64,000 nucleotides of DNA from the NCBI RefSeq assembly GCF_947568905.1, contig NC_079168.1:33728001-33792000 (forward strand), given 5' to 3'. Source of the DNA: Ostrea edulis. Taxonomy: Eukaryota. The notes beneath the pieces are model-generated. The model did no database searches. It saw only the letters and a program-made list of their open reading frames with translations, and was not told where the DNA came from. Below are positions 53,205-64,000 of the stretch, one piece after another (position 1 is the stretch's first letter; each line of letters opens with the position of its first letter). Both the position numbers and the translations under genes were made by a program.

Positions 53205-55727
53205 CGCCATCTTGGATTGCTACTTAGCTACCGGATGCAGTCTTCTGCTTCATGGCTTACATCTGCTGAACCTTCTCTGCTCTTTCATTGTCTTGTCCTG
53301 AGTCTGGTGTTGTCGTATTCCTGAGACCCAGCTCTTTGTCTCCCTGGATACCTGGGTTGCTATGTAGATCAATTGTCATTTAGGCTATACACTGTCCCCC
53401 CCTTTTTTTACAGGAAGAAAATTAAAGATGAATATTTTTTTTTAAAGTACTACATTGTGTATGATAAAACTATTTAAAACACTGTTATGTATTGTTATCA
53501 TGGTTCATTGTTGAACGTTACATCTGTCTTAACAAAACAAGGATTTTGTGTTAATAGATATGTATATTCTGTGTGCATACATTTCAGTGTCAAATTTGAA
53601 TATTTAATCAATGGGCCATGACGTATGATTACCATATGTAAATGAACTAGAGACACTTAGTAATCTCTGGGGTTTTTTTTATATCAAAGTATTCCACTGG
53701 TTACAGAAATTCAAATTTCAGCTTTAGTTGAACACGCACCTTCCCACACCCCCACCCCTGTCCTCAGTAATACGAAACAATTTGGATTTATGCTTTGTGT
53801 ATCTTGATATCAATGTATGTGTGTATTGTTTGTCCTTTCGCTGTAATCATATCGATTCCATGTTCTGATTGTCTTTTGTATAGAACTCATCTATTACTTT
53901 GTATTGTTAGAAAAAAACTACTTTAAAACAGAAGTGAAGAAAAACCAACCACATTATTATTGATAATTACATCTATGAAGCATCATTTCATGTGTCATGC
54001 TTATGCTTGTTCAGATCTTAATCAGCTGGTCCTCTGAGTTAATGGCCTTGTTATTAATATGTATACACAACGATGGAAGCTTCTGCTAAATTGTTCACAC
54101 TCGCACCAACCACCTAGAGAGTTATGCAAGCACATCCCCCATATCTCTTTTAACAATCTCAGCCAAGAAATGCATGAATTAAATTACACAGAATTGATTT
54201 AATTAATATGTGGTTTGTTTTTGCCTTTCCAACAGCTTATTTTTAACTTTGCAGACAATTTAAAAATTCTTTAGAAGCGAACATTTTGACAAATGTGATA
54301 TAAGAAATCTCGCCCAATAAGAAAAACTCGTCTGTATGGTTAGCACATTATCCTAGGCCAAACCACAAGTTAGTGTTTTCATTGTGAAATTGAATTATTC
54401 TTTTTCCAAAAGTACATTTTTCCAGGTATTTAAACAGAGAAGAATTCTACATAACAAATGCTGTAATATGTTTTGTTTTGGTGATTCATTGTCATCGTTT
54501 GTGATGTTGATGAACTGGTTCTGTGACCCTGTGCTATTTTAAAATTCTATAATGGTATCAGTATGGGAAATATCAAATAGAAAAGAATTCAATACAAGTT
54601 TCATTTTCAAATTAAGTTTCAATTGAATTAATTATATGAAAAGGTCAACATGTGAAAAACAGAATGGGTAATTAACACTGACATGGGATTTAAGGTGACA
54701 TGGACATGATTTGAGCTGAAAATGTTCAAATTTTAATGTTTAAAATGCTGAACTAAAGTATTACTAATGATCAGCCAAAATTTGAATGTCAGTAGTCAAG
54801 GTACATGGGAAATGCAGAGTTCACAAGTCCTTGTTATGTAAACATGGCTCATGCCTTGTTTTGTTTACATATAGGTTAAATAATCTAGTAAAAGTTTCGT
54901 TTAAAGCAGATTTTTTCAATTTATAAGTGAATTTGATAACACAATAAATTGTTTTCTGGTGTTTGGCACATCTCATTTTGTTTTAAACATGCTATTTTCT
55001 ATTAAACAGTCTAATGTAAACAAAAACATGGCACTAGTCTTATTTACATGACAAAGAATTGCAAGTGCTGTATCTCACTTATAACTCAACAACTGATATT
55101 CAATTTTGGTTGACCATTATGATTAGAAATACATGTACCTTAGGTAAGCATTGTAAACAATACTTCCAAGGTATGTGGGGTGGGGTTTGGGTACACAATT
55201 GAGCTGCTTGCAAGATTGGAGGGTAAAGAGAAGGATGGGGGGACTAGTGATCTGATTCAAAAACTTTTTGTCAAAAAAATTATTCCTGGATGTCAGTTGA
55301 TTCATTAATAAAAGCCTGTAATGTAGCGTGTGGACATTTTGTTGTGTTGTGTCGTTGCTGCTTCGTGTGTGGTACCCGTAACTTCATACATAAGAAATTT
55401 CATCATTATGTAGTGGATTCTATCTGATTTGTAAATCTGAATCATACTGTGTTGGCAAAACTCTTTATCAGTGAAATAAATGGTCGCACATCTTATTCTA
55501 TGAATCTTGCCAATATACAAAATATCAATGACTTTTCGGTGTTCATTTCCTATAAATTACCAGTAAATCATTACATGTCATCTGTTTGATTTTCAGTCTC
55601 AACAACATGCTCGTCGGTGTAATGCTTTAGTCTTTTATCGTGTTTTGTGATTTTGTGAAGTTTTTATAGTCAGCAACATTCTGCTGTAGTAATCACAAAT
55701 GGCTTGTATTGCTTAATATTACCACAG

Positions 55728-55793
55728 GGCAGATTACGGGCCCGGTCCCCCTAAAGGAATGCCGGAAATACCCACAGATTTACCCACAACATC
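55728..55793 (+). CDS. InR: Candidate 66-nt cassette exon, ADYGPGPPKGMPEIPTDLPTT(S)
   Basis: Acceptor ttaatattaccacag, donor tc|gtgagt; GC-rich island in AT-rich intron; 66 nt, phase 2-2, open frame. Confidence 0.6.
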
Positions 55794-56024
55794 GTGAGTT
55801 TGACCACATACCACCAACAATTTAAAGAGTCGGCCAACCATTTTTTGTAGCTAGTATAAAAATGCACCTCTGCCTATAATTGCCATCATCACTAATAATA
55901 TGCATCTTGCAGTATCTAAAAGATAATTTTCATACAAGACTTGCATGTTTTATAACAAGGTTTATCTGATAAATATGATAACACAGATGAACTTTTTTTT
56001 CACACTGATTGATAATGGCCTTTT

Positions 56025-56060
<36 letters not shown>

Positions 56061-57919
56061 CAAATTATTCTTCAGTGAAGAAAATTGAGACATTTAAAAA
56101 TTCATATTATTGATGTTGTATGCTTTTATAGAGAGGGGGCAAGATATTGTCCATAAATTTAGTCGCTTTCAGTGTATTTTTATGCAAGGGAAAACCCTGA
56201 ACTTTCTACAGTTACTGTTTTGCACATCAAAGAGCAAAAAATAAATAATACTTCCAATTTTGGATAAGTTTTATATTAGGTAGGTGCATTAAAAACAAAT
56301 TCTTGTTTTGGACTACCAAGGACTACCAAAAAAATATATATCAATAATCCCAATTTTTGGTAATTTTTATATCAGGTAGGTGCATCTTAAAAAGAAATTT
56401 CTTTTGGACTTAATCATTTTTTTTTCTATTTTCAAATGGGTTTTTAATTTCCTATATGCCATTTTAATATTGACATGCATGAAACAGGGCATGCATTATG
56501 GCTTGTTCCTATCAATGCACTCGAGGTATTGGCTTGCATGAATGAATATTTATTTGATTCTAAATACCAGAAGAATTAAGTCATGGATCCCACCAACATA
56601 AACAAATGTTGCATTTTATCCAGGAAATTCAGAATACCTCTATTGTTTACAAGGCTTTGTATGCACTCTTCACACTTGAAAATATATATGCTAGTCACAA
56701 TTTCCTCGTGCAGGGCTAGTAACCAGAGCGTACCGAAGTACTTTTTGTATATTTTTTTTGTGTCGAAGACGATTTTCTTCTTATATTTTAATAAGGTAAG
56801 GTAAGCATCAATATTACCATTCCTTGGCAGTTGATCAAACTTTCTACTTTTAAATAGCTGTAGATGCTTGCACATTTGCATATTATCATTCTTGAAAAAT
56901 CATCGAATAATCTGCTAAAAACTGACATCAATACTAGATATGTTCAAATATCATTTAGAACATCTTTGAAATTTTTCATCAAGTAGTGAATGACTTTTCA
57001 TGTTCCTTATGTCATCAAGAAGTTCATGTTCCTTTTGCCATCAAGAAATTCATGATTATGCTGTAATTTGTCGTGGTCAATTTCAGTGGCTCAAACAAAG
57101 ATGTTACCTTGCCGTTTTGTCCATGAACATATGAGAATTATTGGCAGTTCTGGCCAATTCCTTACAGTTGATCTTTTGTAGCTTTGATGATAGAACTGAA
57201 GCTTATACTCATCTCTTCAGCATGACTGTAGACCCCTACTTCATCCCCCCCCCCTTCTTACTTTTCCTTCCAGAATTGTGCATTAATCTATGAAGTTCAT
57301 ATTCCTGAACATGTGCTATTGTGAGGCCTAACTGAGTTTTCAGTGAACATATATATTAGATATTAGTACTTTGTTAACTCTTGTAGAATTATATATCTAT
57401 GCCTTTATGGTGTTTATTTAGACAGTCTGTTTTTGATATCTGACAGTATGTATGCATGTGAAAGTTTTTGGATTGCTGCACTTTTATTAACTTTAAAAAA
57501 AATGAAAGTGAACAGCAAAGAACATCATTGCTTATTTTCTTACAAAGAAAAGTGCAGACTCCAATTATTTTGAAATGCTTGATATATATCTTATACACAG
57601 TTTAATTTGACTTGCTATTTCTAAATTCACAGCACCAATTAATCACAATTGTTATTTATCCTGATTTCAGTTTAGCACTTCTTACTATTAACATGAGTGA
57701 TAATAACAGAAAAATTAATTTGTTTTTTAAGTTAGGCAAACACTGAATAAAGTTCATTAACTAATAGAAATGTAAAAGTCACTTTAATTCATTACCATGT
57801 TATAACATGAATTATTGGATTTGGTCATTTCAAGATGAAGTGAACTATAATTATACAAAGTTGTCATTGTAACAGTTACTTAAAGAGAATGTTTATTTTA
57901 TGGATGGTTCTTCTTATAG

Positions 57920-58253
57920 AATGGACAGTAAAAGAGCAGAGATGTTGTTTAAAAATAATCGCAAGATTGGTAACATCACCCTCTCCACTAAATTGCCAAA
58001 GGGACCAAGTGCCAAATTCCGAAAACCAAGAGCAGCTCGGTACAGTCGTGAGGCGTCCATGCAGTATAACTCCACCGCTCCGGGCGACCTAAAGGTTAAT
58101 CCGAATGATCCATTTGAAAATGAGACCAAGTCTGAGAACGAAACAGAGAAAGACCTGCCCTTCAATAAAGTTATTGTGCAGACACCATCACAGAGGAAGG
58201 ACATGAGTTACATCATCAGCAACCTTCAACATTACCAGGACTATAGAATAGAG
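57920..58253 (+). CDS. InR: InR exon: alpha/beta processing region, insert domain beta and start of FnIII-2b (phase 2-0)
   Basis: 3' end is secure (ISNLQHYQDYRIE|gtatgc, compare INSR LRHFTGYRIE). The 5' start uses ttcttcttatag, one of several phase-2 AGs, so it is uncertain. Contains RKPRAARYSR and several N-X-S/T sequons. Confidence 0.8.
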
Positions 58254-60288
58254 GTATGCTTATCTTATAACACTACCAGTACTATAGAATAGAGGTATGT
58301 TAATCTTACAACATTACCAGGACTATAGAGTGGAGGTATGTTTATCTTACAACATTACCAGTACTATAGAATAGAGGTATGCTTATCTTATAACACTACC
58401 AGTACTATAGAATAGAGGTATGTTAATCTTACAACATTACCAGGACTATAGAATAGAGGTATGCTTATCTTATAACACTACCAGGACTATAAAATAGAGG
58501 TATGTTTATCTTACAACATTACCAGTACTAAAATATAGAGGTATGCTTATCTTATAACACTACCAGGACTATAAAATAGAGGTATGTTTATCTTACAACA
58601 TTACCAGGACTATAGAGTGGAGGTATGTTTATCTTTTAACATTACCAGGACTATAGAATAGAGGTATGCTTATCTTATAACACTACCAGTACTATAGAAT
58701 AGAGGTATGCTTATCTTATAACACTACCAGTACTATAGAATAGAGGTATGTTTATCTTACAACATTACCAGTACTATAGAATAGAGGTATGCTTATCTTT
58801 TAACATTACCAGGACTATAGAATAGAGGTATGCTTATCTTATAACACTACCAGTACTATAGAATAGAGGTATGTTTATCTTACAACATTACCAGGACTAT
58901 AGAATAGAGGTATGCTTATCTTATAACATTACCAGTACTATAGAATAGAGGTATGCTTATCTTACAACACTACCAGTACTATAGAATAGAGGTATGCTTA
59001 TCTTACAACATTACCAGGACTATAGAATAGAGGTATGCTTATCTTATAACACTACCAGTACTATAGAATAGAGGTATGCTTATCTTATAACACTACCAGT
59101 ACTATAGAATAGAGGTATGTTTATCTTACAACATTACCAGGACTATAGAATAGAGGTATGCTTATCTTATAACACTACCAGGACTATAAAATAGAGGTAT
59201 GTTTATCTTACAACATTACCAGGACTATAGAATGGAGGTATACTTGTCTTACAACACTACCAGTACTATAGAATACAGGTATGTTTATCTTACAACACTA
59301 CCAGTACTATAGAATAGAGGTATGCTTATCTTACAACACTACCAGTACTATAGAATAGAGGTATGCTTATCTTACAACATTACCAGTACTATAGAATAGA
59401 GGTATGTTTATCTTACAACATTACCAGGACTATAGAATAGAGGTATGCTTATCTTATAACACTACCAGTACTATAGAATAGAGGTATGTTTATCTTACAA
59501 CATTACCAGGACTATAGAATAGAGGTATGCTTATCTTACAACATTACCAGGACTATAGAATAGAGGTATGCTTATCTTATAACACTACCAGTACTATAGA
59601 ATAGAGGTATGTTTATCTTACAACATTACCAGGACTATAGAGTGGAGGTATGTTAATCTTACAACATTACCAGGACTATAGAATAGAGGTATGCTTATCT
59701 TATAACACTACCAGTACTATAGAATAGAGGTATGTTTATCTTACAACATTACCAGGACTATAGAATAGAGGTATGCTTATCTTATAACACTACCAGTACT
59801 ATAGAATAGAGGTATGTTTATCTTACAACATTACCAGGACTATAGAATAGAGGTATGCTTATCTTATAACACTACCAGTACTATAGAATAGAGGTATGTT
59901 TATCTTACAACATTACCAGGACTATAGAATAGAGGTATGCTTATCTTATAACACTACCAGTACTATAGAATAGAGGTATGTTTATCTTACAACATTACCA
60001 GGTCTATAGAATAGAGGTATGCTTATCTTATAACACTACCAGTACTATAGAATGGAGGTATGTTTATCTTACAACATTACCAGTACTATAGAATAGAGGT
60101 ATGCTTATCTTATAACACTACCAGGACTATAGAATAGAGGTATGTTTATCTTACAACATTACCAGGACTATAGAATAGAGGTATGTTTATCTTACAACAT
60201 TACCAGGACTATAGAATAGAGGTATACTTATCTTATAACACTACCAGTACTATAGAATAGAGGTATGCTTATCTTATAACACTACCAG
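58227..60288 (+). repeat. 41-bp minisatellite, about 50 copies, whose unit is the exon end plus 5' splice site (caacattaccaggactatagaatagag|gtatgcttatctta)
   Basis: First unit is the coding end QHYQDYRIE and its donor; period 41 checked. Confidence 0.96.
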
Positions 60289-60744
60289 GGTTAGGGTTAG
60301 TTAAATATTTCTAGTTTTAAACAAATGTTAAGAAATATTTAAAAGATGCAGGTTAACCAATGGCTATTTTATTTTAAAATGCACCATGTGCTTTAACTTT
60401 TACAAAGAAAAAAAGGGGAGTGTTAATGCTATTATGTCCTGGTAATTAAAATAATACAATAATGATAATCATTTTGTACATACATTAACTCTGGGATTAT
60501 TTCCTCTGGTCGATATACTGTATATGTAGTTGCAATCAGGTGAATTACTTAAAATTTAAGTTGGAATAAACCTGAAAGGAGTCCGGACAGATGCATTAGA
60601 AAAACAACATGGTCGGTATAGGTACCTGTACCCTGTGTTTACACCTGAATGCTTGTAAGAATAAAAGGTTTATTCCCACTTAAGATTTTAAGTAATTCAC
60701 CTGATTGCAACTACATGTACAGTAGAATGATTTATGAATGCAAA

Positions 60745-61060
60745 ACTGTAAACGGAGAGCGCACAAAGGGTGCACAGTGAACGCACGGAGAGCGCACTGT
60801 GAATGCATGGAGTGTGCAATGTGAATGCACGGAGAGCACATGGTGAACGCACTGTGAATGCATGGAGAGCGCACTGTGAACGCATGGTGAACACATGGAA
60901 AATGCACTGTGAACGCATGGAGAGTGCAATGTGAATGCACGGTGAGCACAAGGTGAATGCGCTGTTAATGCATGGAGAGCGCACTGAATGCACGGTGAAC
61001 GCATGGAGAAGGCACTGTGAACACATGGAGAGCTCACTGTAAACGCATGGAGAGCACACA
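60745..61060. repeat. Degenerate short-period repeat (gagagcgcactgtgaacgcatg-like, about 11/22 bp)
   Basis: Recurrent gcactgtgaa(c/t)gcatggaga motifs. Confidence 0.75.
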
Positions 61061-61391
61061 GAAAAATGTAAAATAGAACATTTCAGGGACTGTAATTAAT
61101 ACTCAAGTGACCAATAAGGCCTATGGTCCTCTTGTACCTTAATGCACTGGTTTGGGTTTTCCCCTGCTTCTTTGTATGAAACAGTTTTCTGAATTTCAAC
61201 GAAATGTCGCTATTTTTTCCAATTGGAAAGGCCCAGGCCTTTGATAGCAAGACCTAAAACAGAAATTGATTGGTGCAGTTTTCTGTAGATACATGGAAGT
61301 CATTGTGTGTGTGTGTGTGTGTTTGTGTATATTTTTCATATGAATACAGGTCATTTTTGTTTAATCATTGTTCTTTTTCATTTTTGAATAG

Positions 61392-61485
61392 GTAATAGCT
61401 TGTCAGGAAAGAGACCCACGAGATCCTGCCAAAATTAAGCTGTGCAGTATCCGGGCCATATCACTGTCACGGACTCTACCAGACA
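61392..61485 (+). CDS. InR: InR exon: FnIII-2b (94 nt, phase 0-1)
   Basis: Acceptor tttttgaatag, donor gtaagt. VIACQERDPRDPAKIKLCSIRAISLSRTLPD, compare INSR LQACNQ..CSVAAYVSARTMPE. Confidence 0.92.
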
Positions 61486-61665
61486 GTAAGTGGGCCACAA
61501 TTTTGCATACGTTGAAAATTGTTCTCGTGAATTCTAGGTTGGTTTTTGCCGCTACGGTAAAATTTCTGATTTTTGGATTGTTATAAAATTTAGATTGCAC
61601 ATCACAAAAGCATATTTGATATTATATTTGTGTAGAGAATTGATGAGTAACTTTCTTTTCCACAG

Positions 61666-61817
61666 AAACTGCAGACAACATAGCACTCAGCTCAGTTAAG
61701 ATATACAAAATGAGCAACGCCACCTCTAGGGATGTCATTATTTACTGGGATGAACCTAAAAACCCCAATGGACTCATCCTGAACTTTGACGTTCGATACA
61801 GCAAAGTTTTAAAAGAT
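61666..61817 (+). CDS. InR: InR exon: FnIII-3 N-terminal half (152 nt, phase 1-0)
   Basis: Acceptor ctttcttttccacag, donor gtatgt. TADNI...VIIYWDEPKNPNGLILNFDVRYSKVLKD. Confidence 0.93.
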
Positions 61818-62341
61818 GTATGTAGTTTCCGAGTATATGTTAAGTTAATTAATTATTAGATTTCAAGAATTTTTTTTACATGCAATGATGAAAATTCTCA
61901 AGAATGATATAAATAACATTCGGAAGTTTTATCAAAACTCTTCAGAATTTATAGATACTAAGTGTCATTTTCTTATAACCATGTCTTATTAACTAAAAAT
62001 ATTACCTTGGTGGGGTGATGAATTTTGCTTGTATTCAGGATACCACAAATACAGAATTTTGTAAGAGTTGATTTTCTGGAGATTGACATTGGTTTTTATT
62101 TTAGAAATCTTTTTTTTTTAGGAAGAAATGATATTGTGCTAGACAATATCAAGAAAGAATCTGCAATTTTGTGTTATCATAAATATGAAAAAACGCTATG
62201 AATGAATGAAAATGTAATGTACACTAATCTTGTCATAAAATACATGTATTTTGTTATGTTGATGGGTATTTTCAAATAAGAAATGAAAGATAGAAAGAAT
62301 GTCTCAAATATTTATTAAACTGGGTATTTATTTTGAAACAG

Positions 62342-62513
62342 TATAAACCCAATACAATGTGTGTATCCTATGAGTACTACAAGTCTGTTGGTGGCTACAA
62401 ACTGCAGAAACTGGAACCTGGCAATTATTCTGTTGAGGTCCGTGCCACCTCCCTGGCCTTTACCACAAATTTTACAGAGCCAAGATACTTCTTTGTGTCT
62501 GATTCTGATGATG
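62342..62513 (+). CDS. InR: InR exon: FnIII-3 C-terminal half (172 nt, phase 0-1)
   Basis: Acceptor ttttgaaacag, donor gtaaga. YKPNTMCVS...KLQKLEPGNYSVEVRATSLA...FTEPRYFFVSDSDD. Confidence 0.93.
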
Positions 62514-62580
62514 GTAAGAGCAAGTTTAAATTTTACAGAGCCAAGATACTTCTTTGTATCCGATTCTGATGATGGTAAGT
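62468..62580 (+). repeat. 61-bp tandem duplication of the FnIII-3 exon end and donor site
   Basis: aattttacagagccaagatacttctttgt(g/a)tc(t/c)gattctgatgatggtaag occurs twice, 61 bp apart. Confidence 0.92.
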
Positions 62581-63404
62581 GGAAGTGTAAATTTTAAGTG
62601 ATGGAAAATGAAGGGAGATTTTATCAATCTTCAAAAACAGAGGAGTTTTAAAGAAATCTTTAGATATAGTCAAAGTTTCAGCAAATCCTCTTTTATAAGA
62701 ATGTTGCTGAAATTACAGTGTTAAGGCCAGGAGTGTTTTATTATGGGTAACCCATATGGTTAGGATGAAAATGGTTAAAGATTTTCTTTGAAAAGAAACT
62801 TCCTATGGACATCGCAAAGAGCTTTCTTTAAAACAATCGAACATACTGGTATAATAGTGGATACAATCTCTACCCAGATTTATCTTTCCTTACACTCACA
62901 TATACCTGTCAGCTTCTCAAAATAAGCAATGTTATTCCACATGTAAATCCACTTTTTTTACGGCTAATAAAACTTGAGAATTACTTTATAGAATATTGGG
63001 TAAATGTAGGACAAGCAACTATTTGAAGTTTTTCCCCGTTAATATGCATTCTTCATGTACATGTACCTATGTATAGGCCTGGTGCAATAGAACAACCCAA
63101 TATCCATGTTTCAACCCAAATTAACGGTTCTTGTGTCACAAAAAGACTTGACATCTGCTCAGTATTTATTCATTTATTGTATATATTTTTGTAACTGAAG
63201 TCCAAGTCATACTTTATTTGAGCATATGTGCCATTTTACAAGAATCTTGTAAAAGCCTCGAGACATTGACAGGGGTGTATGTGAGAGCAAGGAATGAGAT
63301 TGTATCTGAGGTGTGAAATTTAGAAGTGAACGTTGTTGGTTTAGGAGTTTATGAGCTTGTAATCCAGTGGTAAACATACTGCATATCTATGTTCTGTTTT
63401 ACAG

Positions 63405-63563
63405 AATCTCAGTGGCCACCAGAAACGATAATTGCCGTCTCTGTATCCGGAGTCCTATTACTCATCCTTATTCTTGTCATCGGCGTGTGGTTCCTTGCTC
63501 GGAACCGATTTAAGAAAGTACCTGATAGACCGGATTTTACCTCCATTAATCCTGATTATGAGC
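63405..63563 (+). CDS. InR: InR exon: transmembrane helix and juxtamembrane NPxY (159 nt, phase 1-1)
   Basis: Acceptor ttctgttttacag, donor gtaaga. IIAVSVSGVLLLILILVIGVWFLA-RNRFKK...INPDYE. Confidence 0.95.
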
Positions 63564-63932
63564 GTAAGATATGGATTACAGTTACTTTCGATAAGAACAA
63601 GTCTATTTGCAAACAAAATTTACAGGTCTGCCTCTTGTTGACATGATGTGTTTTATTTTTCTGTTAAAGGAAGAATAGACTATTTGTTATTTGTATATTT
63701 GTCAATGTTACCTGAGATTTTTTGTAAAATGCGCATTATATTTTTTCTTTGTCGGTCTGAATTTTTATGGGATTATATCTCAGAGTTATGATGCTTTTAC
63801 ATATTAATGAAATGGAGCGATACTGAAATTGAATTTTATTTGTTTAAAAAGTAAACGCTATCTATCCAGAAAGAAATGTAATAAGATTTCTGTGAGTTCA
63901 TTGAATGTCATGCTCCTATGTATCTGATGCAG

Positions 63933-64000
63933 ATTACAACCCAGATGAATGGGAAGTGGAGCGTGACAAGATCCAACTGATTCGTGAACTGGGTCAAGGG
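63933..64000 (+). CDS. InR: InR exon: start of tyrosine kinase domain (truncated by window end)
   Basis: Acceptor tatctgatgcag. (H)YNPDEWEVERDKIQLIRELGQG, matching INSR [22 protein letters not shown]. Confidence 0.95.

Larger units (their letters stand above)
19800..64000 (+). other. InR: Insulin/IGF-like peptide receptor gene (receptor tyrosine kinase class II), partial: lacks the signal-peptide exon and runs off the window in the kinase domain
   Basis: Spliced translation gives L1 (CEDVDIRN..LENCTVIEGNL), Cys-rich, L2, three FnIII domains, alphaCT (FENFLHNYVY), TM, NPDY and DEWEV..IRELGQG. All introns are GT-AG with matching phases. Confidence 0.97.

Noticed and set aside
55597-55618. Acceptor gattttcag with nearby GTs, a possible further microexon
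   Set aside because: All possible lengths (16, 20, 22 nt) break frame and the donors are weak.
56576-57230. Minus-strand 101-aa ORF and adjacent coding-looking sequence (possible decayed gene)
   Set aside because: No recognisable domain or consistent frame; would need tBLASTx to support.
60680-61059. His/Cys-rich minus-strand ORFs
   Set aside because: Low-complexity degenerate repeat.
1-64000. CRISPR arrays or prokaryotic systems
   Set aside because: Arrays have no unique spacers and the locus is a spliceosomal-intron eukaryotic gene.

Overview
AT-rich eukaryotic genomic DNA, most likely a bivalve mollusc (oyster-like: Helentron/HINE-type repeats with Cg170-like satellite cores and a tRNA-derived SINE family). 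The window is dominated by one large intron-rich gene on the + strand, an insulin/IGF (insulin-like peptide) receptor. I can trace it from the L1 exon (19800) through CR, L2, FnIII-1/2/3, the insert domain with alphaCT, the transmembrane helix and NPxY motif, to the start of the kinase domain (cut off at 64000). Splice phases are consistent at every junction; the signal-peptide exon was not located. Best observation: the exon encoding the N-terminal half of FnIII-1 is present as two diverged tandem copies (43004-43130, 43354-43480), both 127 nt with identical phases, which can only be used mutually exclusively. The intron just after alphaCT, the position of mammalian INSR exon 11, holds frame-preserving cassette candidates (15, 21, 66 nt) and a possible stop-containing terminal exon. 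Three tandem duplications/arrays are seeded exactly on exon-end/5' splice sites. Introns also hold many minisatellites, MITEs, HINEs and SINEs. Most short ORFs in the supplied track are noise.
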